Shown here piece after piece: positions 8,545 to 15,683 of a stretch of DNA of 26,390 nucleotides. The notes beneath the pieces are model-generated. The model worked only from the letters and a program-made list of their open reading frames with translations. It ran no database searches and was not told where the DNA came from. The translations under genes were made by a program, and so were the position numbers. Every line of letters begins with the position of its first letter. Position 1 is the stretch's first letter. The DNA comes from a virus (taxonomy: Duplodnaviria; Heunggongvirae; Uroviricota; Caudoviricetes): the IMG/VR virus record IMGVR_UViG_3300046513_000108, positions 1 to 26,390 of that record. The stretch is one strand, 5' to 3'.

Positions 8545-9212
8545 GTAAGATGTTACATTTTCAGGAGAACAAACAAGGCAAGGATTACGTTGCAGGAGAT
8601 GTTCATGGTTGCTTCCGTAAACTTGAAAAAGAACTGAAAGAGATTGGCTTTGATGAAGCCGTTGACAGGCTGTTTGTTGTAGGTGACTTGGTAGACCGTG
8701 GCCCGAACAGTGAAGAAGTTCTTTATTGGCTTGCAAAGCCTTGGTTTCACTCTGTACGAGGTAATCATGAACAAATGGCTATCGACTTCATCAAGTACCC
8801 TCGTGACCGATCTATTTACGCCTACAACGGTGGGCAATGGTTCCTTGATATTTGTGATGTAGACGAACGACAAGGACAACACATTGCAGAACAACTAGAC
8901 AAGCTTCCTATTGCCATTGACATCACTGTAGGGGACAAAGTGTATGGCATCATCCATGCAGAAGTACCCGGTGGTGATTGGGCAAAGCTGGAAGCTGGCT
9001 TGAACAGTGACATTGGACATAGGTATGAGAATGTTGCAATGTGGGATAGGAGTCGATATAACAATAAAGACACCTCCTTTGTGCAGAATGTAGAACTTGT
9101 TTATGTTGGACATACGCCTGCAAAGGATCATCCAAAGGCTCTTGGCAATGTTATTTACACTGACTCTGGAGCTTGCTTTGCAGGGCCAATCACTATTTTG
9201 GAGATTTACTGA
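8541..9212 (+). CDS. Ser/Thr protein phosphatase (lambda NinI / PphA-like metallophosphoesterase)
   Basis: PPP-family motifs GDVHG, VGDLVDRG, RGNHE, IIHA, VGHTP and YTDSGA. Confidence 0.92.
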   Translation: MSKMLHFQENKQGKDYVAGDVHGCFRKLEKELKEIGFDEAVDRLFVVGDLVDRGPNSEEVLYWLAKPWFHSVRGNHEQMAIDFIKYPRDRSIYAYNGGQWFLDICDVDERQGQHIAEQLDKLPIAIDITVGDKVYGIIHAEVPGGDWAKLEAGLNSDIGHRYENVAMWDRSRYNNKDTSFVQNVELVYVGHTPAKDHPKALGNVIYTDSGACFAGPITILEIY

Positions 9213-9436
9213 TGGGATATCGAGCAATCACTGTGTTTGAATGTGACGATGGCTGTAGGTTTAGTACCGAAGAAGCCGCTATTGAATATGAAAAACGAGA
9301 AGTGTTTATTTCTGAACTGTCTCAGGCTATGTTGAATGATATTAATTGTGCTGTTGACTATAAATCTGATGCAATTGACCTTGCAGCGTGGTTTGTAGAT
9401 AAATATAATTTTGAGAGGAAAGCACAAAATGTTTGA
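9212..9436 (+). CDS. hypothetical protein
   Basis: ATG 9212 is TGATG-coupled to the phosphatase; GGAG SD; FECDDGCRFSTEEAAIEYE. Confidence 0.65.
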   Translation: MGYRAITVFECDDGCRFSTEEAAIEYEKREVFISELSQAMLNDINCAVDYKSDAIDLAAWFVDKYNFERKAQNV

Positions 9437-9533
9437 ATTCTTCTTCTGGGCAGCAATGATTGTAGTGTTATACATTATAATTAACAGTGTACGTGGACAA
9501 ACAAAGAATAGGAGTAAATATGACGTTGGCTAA
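9429..9533 (+). CDS. single-TM microprotein (34 aa, not in ORF track)
   Basis: MFEFFFWAAMIVVLYIIINSVRGQTKNRSKYDVG; GAGGA SD upstream; hydrophobic N-half with a basic tail. Confidence 0.5.
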   Translation: MFEFFFWAAMIVVLYIIINSVRGQTKNRSKYDVG

Positions 9534-9657
9534 ACTAACCCTTGTAATGGCAGTGATTAATGTCGCTTTAAACATTTTCGCTGGCAATTTCCCTGCTGCT
9601 AGTGGATGGATAGTTGCATCAATTGGCTATATTCAACTTGTATATCGAGATAAATAA
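9520..9657 (+). CDS. 2-TM microprotein (45 aa, not in ORF track)
   Basis: MTLAKLTLVMAVINVALNIFAGNFPAASGWIVASIGYIQLVYRDK; AGGAG SD at 9510-9514; TAATG coupling to the next gene. Confidence 0.6.
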   Translation: MTLAKLTLVMAVINVALNIFAGNFPAASGWIVASIGYIQLVYRDK

Positions 9658-9935
9658 TGCTCTTAGCCCGTAAAACAAATGTAACGATTGGGAATAGCTC
9701 TCTGAAGTGTATGGTGGTGTTTAATGTGTACGAGGGAACTGTAGAGAGGCACAATATATACACATGGGACGAACCTCCTATATATCCCCAAATTGAAATT
9801 GTAGATGTATTTGAAGCAGAAACAGATTTAAAGGTGAGTATTGTAGATCATCTTCTAGATAGTGAAACGGAAGAGTTAGAAGATAAATTGTGGAATATTT
9901 TGGAGGATGAGAAATGTTTGGCATCTTGTATTTGA
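9657..9935 (+). CDS. acidic hypothetical protein
   Basis: TAATG coupling; 92-aa ORF. Confidence 0.65.
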   Translation: MLLARKTNVTIGNSSLKCMVVFNVYEGTVERHNIYTWDEPPIYPQIEIVDVFEAETDLKVSIVDHLLDSETEELEDKLWNILEDEKCLASCI

Positions 9936-10150
9936 TTAGTGTTGTGCTAAGTATATTTGGAACAATAATTGCACAAAAGATTATAGATGGTTCTCTCACT
10001 GCCGGTGGTTTGATGCTGTCAGTTATTGTGGGAATCATTCCTCTTCTGAATTTGTACATTTTGTGCCACGCTACCTTCGATGTGTTTGTAAGTCTTGTGA
10101 ATGGTAATTTCAAATCGTTCAACAGGTTTTGTAACAAGAAACTCTGGTAG
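9914..10150 (+). CDS. membrane protein (2 TM)
   Basis: GGAGG SD; hydrophobic segments GILYLISVVLSIFGTIIA and LMLSVIVGIIPLLNLYILC; basic C-terminus. Confidence 0.65.
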   Translation: MFGILYLISVVLSIFGTIIAQKIIDGSLTAGGLMLSVIVGIIPLLNLYILCHATFDVFVSLVNGNFKSFNRFCNKKLW

Positions 10151-10158
10151 GAAATAAC

Positions 10159-10428
10159 ATGCTTACTCTTGATATTCCCTCTTTCTTTATTGGCTCTGGT
10201 GTAGCTGCACTCACTGTTCTCCTCTACATCATATTCACTCGTAAGCCTCCTAAAAGCTTCCCTGTGCAACGAACAGCAGGGAGTAGGGCAGAGGACAAGG
10301 ATGTTGTAGAGAGGCGTGAGAAGAGGATTAAAGAGTATTGCACAAGTAATAGGGTGTTTCGTAAAGGGGAATATTACAACAGCCCTGAAGAGAGTCCTTT
10401 AAAGAAGCGATATGGAGGTGGTGAATGA
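10159..10428 (+). CDS. N-terminal TM anchor protein with basic soluble tail
   Basis: FFIGSGVAALTVLLYIIF followed by an Arg/Lys-rich domain; AGGA SD. Confidence 0.65.
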   Translation: MLTLDIPSFFIGSGVAALTVLLYIIFTRKPPKSFPVQRTAGSRAEDKDVVERREKRIKEYCTSNRVFRKGEYYNSPEESPLKKRYGGGE

Positions 10429-10667
10429 GTATTTGGATTATTTTGTATGTGATTTGTATACCTATTGCAATGTTCCTGATGGCTTTGGATTTTAAATGTG
10501 ATAAGCGGATTGGCAACGTGGATGTGGCGGATTTGATTATGTTCTTCCTCTTCTCTGCTATTGGAATAGGTATTGGTGTGGCTTTCTGTATTACGGCTGC
10601 AAGGTTCATTGGAGATTTTTTCAGGTGGATTGATAAGAAAGATTTTCTAAAGAAAGTGGTCTGGTGA
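10425..10667 (+). CDS. membrane protein (2 TM)
   Basis: GGAGGT SD; segments IWIILYVICIPIAMFLMAL and LIMFFLFSAIGIGIGVAFCI. Confidence 0.7.
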   Translation: MSIWIILYVICIPIAMFLMALDFKCDKRIGNVDVADLIMFFLFSAIGIGIGVAFCITAARFIGDFFRWIDKKDFLKKVVW

Positions 10668-10876
10668 TTATGGGACATTACGCAAGTGAAATGCAGGATA
10701 ATGTCGAGCATGAAAAAGAAAGACAAAGGGCGATTGTTATTGCTAGTGAGTTGCAATCCATGACTGAAGATTTGATTCACAAGATCAACTTCTACAAATA
10801 CAGCTTACATTTACCTAATCGTTTCAAAGAGTCTTTAGAAGATTTGAACAACTATTTGAAAGTAAATTATGGTTGA
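10664..10876 (+). CDS. hypothetical protein
   Basis: GTGA overlap (alternative start ATG 10670); MGHYASEM-type small phage protein. Confidence 0.6.
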   Translation: MIMGHYASEMQDNVEHEKERQRAIVIASELQSMTEDLIHKINFYKYSLHLPNRFKESLEDLNNYLKVNYG

Positions 10877-11036
10877 GCCGGAAGTGTGGAATGAGAACGC
10901 TCTACGAGATTACATACAATCATACAAGAACTGCTACAGCAAGGGTGATGAATTCTTTAAAAGTTGGGCTTGGAAGGACATCAACAGTCTGATGGATCAA
11001 GTGCTTAGTGGCGAGATTGTTGTAAAAACCTCTTGA
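10869..11036 (+). CDS. hypothetical protein (55 aa, not in ORF track)
   Basis: ATG 10869 reads MVEPEVWNENALRDYIQSYKNCYSKGDEFFKSWAWKDINSLMDQVLSGEIVVKTS. Its stop lies within the -35 box of the next promoter. Confidence 0.5.
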   Translation: MVEPEVWNENALRDYIQSYKNCYSKGDEFFKSWAWKDINSLMDQVLSGEIVVKTS

Positions 11037-11061
11037 CAGGCTGTTTGTTGTAGAGTATAAT
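11033..11061 (+). promoter_or_regulatory. consensus sigma70 promoter driving the tRNA pair
   Basis: Perfect TTGACA (11033-11038), 17 nt, TATAAT (11056-11061), 13 nt upstream of the first tRNA-like element. Confidence 0.9.
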
Positions 11062-11074
11062 GTTGTTTCAATAT

Positions 11075-11162
11075 CTCACTTGCCCCTCCAATGGATTTCT
11101 ACTCCATTGACGTTAAACCGGAGGAAGGAAGTCACGGAGTTCGATTCTTCCAAGTGAGTCCA
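11075..11162 (+). tRNA. non-canonical tRNA-Arg(UCU)-like RNA lacking a D-arm
   Basis: Acceptor stem CTCACTT/AAGTGAG + T + CCA; anticodon hairpin CAATGGA-TTTCTAC-TCCATTG (anticodon TCT, 11098-11100); T-arm GGAG-TTCGATT-CTTC. Only 7 nt separate the acceptor and anticodon stems, and the variable region is about 26 nt. Confidence 0.55.
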
Positions 11163-11167
11163 AATAA

Positions 11168-11244
11168 GGGCCGTTAGCTCAGGGGTAAGCAGCGGGGTGC
11201 TCATAACGCCAAGGTCATTCGTTCAAATCGAATACGGCCCACCA
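11168..11244 (+). tRNA. tRNA with CAU anticodon (Ile2/lysidine-type favoured over Met)
   Basis: Cloverleaf with acceptor GGGCCGT/ACGGCCC, discriminator A and CCA; anticodon loop CTCATAA (CAT 11202-11204); variable loop AGGTC; T-arm ATTCG-TTCAAAT-CGAAT. The paired G1-C72 excludes an initiator tRNA, and C4-G69/C5-G68 are present. Confidence 0.9.
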
Positions 11245-11259
11245 AACACAGAGGAATCA

Positions 11260-11451
11260 ATGATAATTTTATACAAAGAAGTGGTAATAAACCAAAAATC
11301 CCACCTAGCTTTTGCACGAAAAGATGAAAAACCTCTTTTTGCATTCTTCCCTATTAAATCTGTAGAGTCTAAATACGATTTCCTTGCAGGATTGGCTGAA
11401 GGTATTTCTCTTGCGGGAAATTGTGTAGAAAATTTTGAGGAGGTGGAGTAA
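11260..11451 (+). CDS. hypothetical protein (63 aa)
   Basis: The start was moved to ATG 11260 (GAGGA SD) because the track start at 11197 lies inside the tRNA. Confidence 0.65.
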   Translation: MIILYKEVVINQKSHLAFARKDEKPLFAFFPIKSVESKYDFLAGLAEGISLAGNCVENFEEVE

Positions 11452-11783
11452 TGAACAAGAATACAAAAGAAAATCTCTTCGGAATCCTAGCAATCCTCTT
11501 CCTCCTGTCTCTCGTCTTCGGAGCATTTTTCTACGGAGCTTTCACCCTGACAATGTTATGGCATTGGTTTGTTGTGCCAACATTCCATGCTCCAGCGCTT
11601 GGTATTGCACAAGCCATTGGGTTGAGTTTGTTTGTGGGATATTTCAAAGGGAATCTGGTAAAGAAAGACACTAAGAAGGAGGGGCAAGACACATACGAAC
11701 ACATTGGACAGAAGATTGGTGAGATGTATATTCGTCTTACTGCTGTGCTGGCTATTGGATTTGTTGTGTCGATATTTGTTTAA
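11451..11783 (+). CDS. membrane protein (3 TM)
   Basis: GGAG SD and TAATG coupling; three hydrophobic segments (LFGILAILFLLSLVFGAFFYGAFTL; ALGIAQAIGLSLFVGYF; LTAVLAIGFVVSIFV). Confidence 0.75.
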   Translation: MNKNTKENLFGILAILFLLSLVFGAFFYGAFTLTMLWHWFVVPTFHAPALGIAQAIGLSLFVGYFKGNLVKKDTKKEGQDTYEHIGQKIGEMYIRLTAVLAIGFVVSIFV

Positions 11784-11850
11784 ATAATATTTATCGAATA
11801 TCCAAGAGGAGAATCCAAGCGGACAATTTTAATTTTACAAAAGGAAATAT

Positions 11851-12501
11851 ATGACTACTGACAAGAAAAAGACGTTTGGTGTTGTTGAAGGCACTCTGGT
11901 GTATGCAAAGATTGCAGAACCTTCTACTAAGTATCAGAGCAAGGACACTGAATATACAATCTCTGTTATTGTTAATGAAGACACTGCTGACGCTTGGGAT
12001 GAGGAATTCAAAAAACAACCTGCAAAGAAAGTCAAAGCAAGTGAGTTTGAAACAAAATACAAACTGCCTCTGCCTGACAGTCTGAAAGGTGAAAAGAACG
12101 TCTACGAAATTAAACTCAAGCGAGATGCTACGAAGGATGGTGAAGATTTCTATCCTGAGAATCGCCCTAAGGTGTTTGTTGATTATGATAACGGTGATCG
12201 TGTAGACATCACTGAGAGCCGCCTGATTGCTAATGGCTCTTACGGTAAAGTGAGCTATCGTATCAATAGTAATGATTTTGGTACTTTTGCAAAGCTGGCT
12301 AACGTCCTGATGGATGAAGAAGGTTTCAAAGAGTATGTCTCCACTGGTGGTGCGGCTGGTAGTGAATTTGATGGGGTTGTTAAAGAGATTAAAAAAGAGC
12401 CACCTCGTAAAGAAGCTACTCACGCTCGTGCTTCTAAAGAGAAGGTGAAAGAGGAAGCTCCTGAAGCGTCTGATGATGACATGAGTGACGCCCCGTTCTG
12501 A
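11851..12501 (+). CDS. ssb: single-stranded DNA-binding protein (T7 gp2.5-like)
   Basis: N-terminal GTLVYAKIAEP; IANGSYGKV; acidic tail ending DDDMSDAPF. It sits between the polymerase and exonuclease and is followed by a terminator. Confidence 0.75.
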   Translation: MTTDKKKTFGVVEGTLVYAKIAEPSTKYQSKDTEYTISVIVNEDTADAWDEEFKKQPAKKVKASEFETKYKLPLPDSLKGEKNVYEIKLKRDATKDGEDFYPENRPKVFVDYDNGDRVDITESRLIANGSYGKVSYRINSNDFGTFAKLANVLMDEEGFKEYVSTGGAAGSEFDGVVKEIKKEPPRKEATHARASKEKVKEEAPEASDDDMSDAPF

Positions 12502-12517
12502 GTATGATTTAACACAG

Positions 12518-12546
12518 CCCCTGTTCAGAAATGGGCAGGGGTTTTT
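12518..12546 (+). terminator. Rho-independent terminator after SSB
   Basis: CCCCTGTTCA-GAAA-TGGGCAGGGG stem-loop followed by TTTTT. Confidence 0.85.
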
Positions 12547-12550
12547 GATT

Positions 12551-12640
12551 ATGAAGAAACCAAACAATTCAGAATTAATAGGTAAAACATTTGGCAAGCT
12601 TGAAGTTTTAAGTAGGGAGATAAAAATTGGAGAACGCTAG
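12551..12640 (+). pseudogene. 5' stub of a homing endonuclease gene (29 aa)
   Basis: MKKPNNSELIGKTFGKLEVLSREIKIGER*. IGKTFGKLEVL matches the (L/I)G..FG.L.V N-terminal motif of phage HNH homing endonucleases. The stop overlaps the exonuclease start. Confidence 0.5.
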
Positions 12641-13634
12641 CTTAGTAATTGATGGAGATTACATTAAATATATGATATCTTCTGCTGGAGAAAAACGATC
12701 TGTAAATGTTATACACACGCCGACAGGTAAAATTAAAAACTTTGATAACCGAACTGCTTTCTACGGGCATTGGAAGAAAAAAGAAGGTGGTTGGCTGGCA
12801 GAAACTAATTTATCTAGAATGCAGAGCGGTAAACACCCTTTTGACGTTTCTGAGTTTGAGTTTGTAGACAAACAAGAAGCAGAGCCTGTAGAATTTGTCC
12901 TATCTTCAGTAAAAAATCATATTAACAATATTGTAGAACATTTAGATGCAAAAGACTACCAAGTCTACATTGGTAAAGGGGACAGCTTTCGAGTAGACGC
13001 CTCTACAATAGTTCAATACAAAAGTTCCAGGTCAAAATCCCTTAAACCGATCCACTTGGAAGAAGTTGAAAAATATCTGATTACTTATCACGGTGCCAAA
13101 ATCATTCGCGGTATTGAGTGCGATGACCGCTGTGTGATAGATTGTACAGAAGACCCCTCCAAAGTTTTAGTTGGTGTTGAGAAAGATTTCTTCGGCTGCA
13201 ATATCAATTATTATATTCATGGTGAGATGAATGAGCCACAACACATCAGTGGCTTTGGTAAATTATATATCAATGACAAGAACGCTGTCAAAGGGAGCGG
13301 ATATATTTGGTGGTTGTTCCAAGTGTTGTACGGAGATGACAGTGACGAGTATTGGGCCAATTCAGCCTGCCCTGAAAACAAATGGGGCGAAAAATCAGCC
13401 TACAAACTCCTAGCTGATTGTAAGAACGAGAAAGAAGCTTGGGAAGCCGTTATCAAAGGATATAAGAAGCTCTACCCAGAGCCAAAGATGTTTACAGGCT
13501 GGCGTGGAGATGAATTTGAGATTGATTATCGATATGTCCTCAATGAGAATTGTGTGATGTCTCGGATGATGACTAGCGAGGATTATAAATTTAATCTAGA
13601 TGAAGAACTTGATAAATATGGAGTGAAACAATGA
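12627..13634 (+). CDS. 5'-3' exonuclease (T7 gp6 / FEN-like)
   Basis: Acidic motifs LVIDGD, FRVD...YKSSR, IECDD, EKD and GDDSD; TTG start after AGGGAG. Confidence 0.88.
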   Translation: MENASLVIDGDYIKYMISSAGEKRSVNVIHTPTGKIKNFDNRTAFYGHWKKKEGGWLAETNLSRMQSGKHPFDVSEFEFVDKQEAEPVEFVLSSVKNHINNIVEHLDAKDYQVYIGKGDSFRVDASTIVQYKSSRSKSLKPIHLEEVEKYLITYHGAKIIRGIECDDRCVIDCTEDPSKVLVGVEKDFFGCNINYYIHGEMNEPQHISGFGKLYINDKNAVKGSGYIWWLFQVLYGDDSDEYWANSACPENKWGEKSAYKLLADCKNEKEAWEAVIKGYKKLYPEPKMFTGWRGDEFEIDYRYVLNENCVMSRMMTSEDYKFNLDEELDKYGVKQ

Positions 13635-13858
13635 GCTACAAAACACTGAGAGAGTCTTTCCCAGAACACATGATTGAAACAGCCGTGGCAGTGCTCCGCT
13701 CCTGTGCTGAAGAGGATGATGAGCAGCACGATTATATTCCACAAGGGGAGACTATTCAAGATTTCATTCCTCACTCTTGGGCTGTGGCTGCTGTTTGTAT
13801 TGCTATGAAAGAGTCTTATCGTCAAGGGTATGCTGACCGACACAACAAAGGTAATTAA
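13631..13858 (+). CDS. hypothetical protein
   Basis: GGAG SD; ATGA overlap. Confidence 0.65.
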   Translation: MSYKTLRESFPEHMIETAVAVLRSCAEEDDEQHDYIPQGETIQDFIPHSWAVAAVCIAMKESYRQGYADRHNKGN

Positions 13859-14391
13859 TGAGTAAGAAGGATAAAGCTCCTCTTACACGTTGCAATGGCA
13901 CATTAACAGAATCTCAATACCTTGCATGGATTCGTTCAGTCTTGCGCTCTAAAAGCCTCCGTTGGGAACCTCGTAACACTGCCCTACAGCTTGCACGAAC
14001 GCCTTACAGCGGCCCCAACAAGCGTCAGAAATGGCAATATCAATGTGCAATATGTAAGCAGCAATTTACTTTGAAAGAAGTGGTTGTTGACCATTACCCT
14101 GAAGAAGCTGGAAGTATTCTCTCTGTAGAGGACATCGGCCCTTTTGCTGAACGTCTTTATTGTGAAGTTGACAACTTACGTGTTCTCTGTGAGTGGGATC
14201 ATAGGATTCACACTCTACAATCTTCCAAGAACATTTCCAGAGAGGAAGCTATCTTGCAGATTAAAGTGAATGACACAATGAAAGACAAGAAGAAAACTCT
14301 TGCTTTACTACAAGAAAACGGGTATAATAATGCAAGCAATGATGAGAAACGTAAACAAGCATTGAGAGAGATATTTCTAAAGGAGAAATGA
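13858..14391 (+). CDS. HNH-family endonuclease (replication-module type)
   Basis: YQCAICKQQF...VVDH...NLRVLCEWDHRIHT is a Zn-binding HNH-like pattern, located just downstream of the exonuclease. Confidence 0.7.
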   Translation: MSKKDKAPLTRCNGTLTESQYLAWIRSVLRSKSLRWEPRNTALQLARTPYSGPNKRQKWQYQCAICKQQFTLKEVVVDHYPEEAGSILSVEDIGPFAERLYCEVDNLRVLCEWDHRIHTLQSSKNISREEAILQIKVNDTMKDKKKTLALLQENGYNNASNDEKRKQALREIFLKEK

Positions 14392-14681
14392 TGCAACCTG
14401 TATTTAGAGTTAAAGATGTAGGATGGTGGGATGTTTATGAATATCGGGGAGCTTACGTACTAGTACCACAAGGGGAGCCATATAAACATTCCAATCTATA
14501 CTCTTGGTCAATTGACAACAACCCTAGGAATTGGATTAATACAGTGGTGCGACATCCAATTGCACCAAAGAGTGAGAAACAAATTCAACTAGAGCAAGCC
14601 ATCCAATATCACAAACAAGTAATTGAGCACAACGAACGGATGATTGCTAAATACGAAGAGGAATTGAAGAATGAAGGTTGA
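14388..14681 (+). CDS. hypothetical protein with C-terminal coiled coil
   Basis: AAGGAG SD; ATGA overlap. Confidence 0.65.
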   Translation: MMQPVFRVKDVGWWDVYEYRGAYVLVPQGEPYKHSNLYSWSIDNNPRNWINTVVRHPIAPKSEKQIQLEQAIQYHKQVIEHNERMIAKYEEELKNEG

Positions 14682-14823
14682 TTATCTTGAGGAATGCGGC
14701 TACACAGTGATGTCAGATGCAGGGTGCGAGTGTAACACATTTCCTTCTGTAGATGCTCTTGAAAACCATATCAAGCTCATGCTGATTGCTGTGCAACAAT
14801 ATAAGGAGAAACAGATTGGTTGA
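14671..14823 (+). CDS. hypothetical protein (50 aa, not in ORF track)
   Basis: GAGGA SD; reads MKVDYLEECGYTVMSDAGCECNTFPSVDALENHIKLMLIAVQQYKEKQIG; fills the gap. Confidence 0.55.
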   Translation: MKVDYLEECGYTVMSDAGCECNTFPSVDALENHIKLMLIAVQQYKEKQIG

Positions 14824-15658
14824 ACTTAAAGAATGGCAATCTCAAGCAGTGGCACTTCTGGAAACTGGTACAATGTCTCGTAGAGCTATTGCGGAAACTC
14901 TAGGTGTAGCACGGAGCACTTGTCTAGATTTCTTGAGAGCGTATGATAATTTTAAGCAGGAAGTTGTGGAAGAAGATAAAGAAGAACACGACAACTCACG
15001 TATTCTTGTCATCAGTGACATCCACGCACCTTATCATCATGCCGACACGATCCCTTTCTTGAAGATGCTGAAGGACAAGTACAAACCTACACGTATTGTA
15101 TCTGTTGGGGATGAGCAAGACCTTCATGCCAGTTCTTTTCATACACATGATCCTGACCTGCTTTCTCCGGGTGATGAACTAAAGGCTGCACGCAAGTTCA
15201 TGAAGGAACTGGAAGAAGTGTTTCCAAAAATGGATATCATGAGTAGTAATCATGGAGACTTGTATTACAGGAAAGCAAAGCATCATGGTATTCCTCTGCA
15301 TGTCATTCGGGATTATAATGAAGTGTTGGGCGTAGGTGACGGCTGGCGATGGCATTCCGACCTCACCGTTGATCTTCCTAATGGACAGAAGGTTTATTTC
15401 TGTCACGGTAAATCTGCCAATGGTTTGAAGCTGTCGCAGTCAATGGGTATGAACTGTGTACAGGGGCATTACCATAATTCTTTCAATGTGCAATATTGGA
15501 GTAGTCCTTTGGAACTTCATTGGAGTATGCAAGTGGGGTGCTTAATTGATGATAAGAGTTTGTCTATGGCGTATAATAAACTCACAGTCCATCGTCCGAT
15601 TATTGGATGTGGGTTGATTATTGATGGTAAACCTGTGTTGGAGGCAATGGAACTGTGA
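14816..15658 (+). CDS. HTH-fused calcineurin-like metallophosphoesterase
   Basis: N-terminal HTH (MSRRAIAETLGVARSTCLDFLR); MPE motifs SDIH, VGDEQD, SNHG, FCHG and QGHYH. TTG 14816 follows an AAGGAG SD. Confidence 0.8.
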   Translation: MVELKEWQSQAVALLETGTMSRRAIAETLGVARSTCLDFLRAYDNFKQEVVEEDKEEHDNSRILVISDIHAPYHHADTIPFLKMLKDKYKPTRIVSVGDEQDLHASSFHTHDPDLLSPGDELKAARKFMKELEEVFPKMDIMSSNHGDLYYRKAKHHGIPLHVIRDYNEVLGVGDGWRWHSDLTVDLPNGQKVYFCHGKSANGLKLSQSMGMNCVQGHYHNSFNVQYWSSPLELHWSMQVGCLIDDKSLSMAYNKLTVHRPIIGCGLIIDGKPVLEAMEL

Positions 15659-15683
15659 TAGATCAAGTGGAGATTACAGACTA

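Noticed and set aside
11197-11259. 5' extension of ORF 11197-11451 and ORF 11435-11674
   Set aside because: The first starts inside the tRNA(CAU). The second is an alternate frame of the 3-TM gene with no SD or motif support, unlike the nested ORF at 22357.
11791-12597. 268-aa minus-strand ORF antisense to SSB
   Set aside because: It is a shadow of a strongly biased + strand gene, has no recognisable motifs, and lies in a region where all supported genes are on the + strand.
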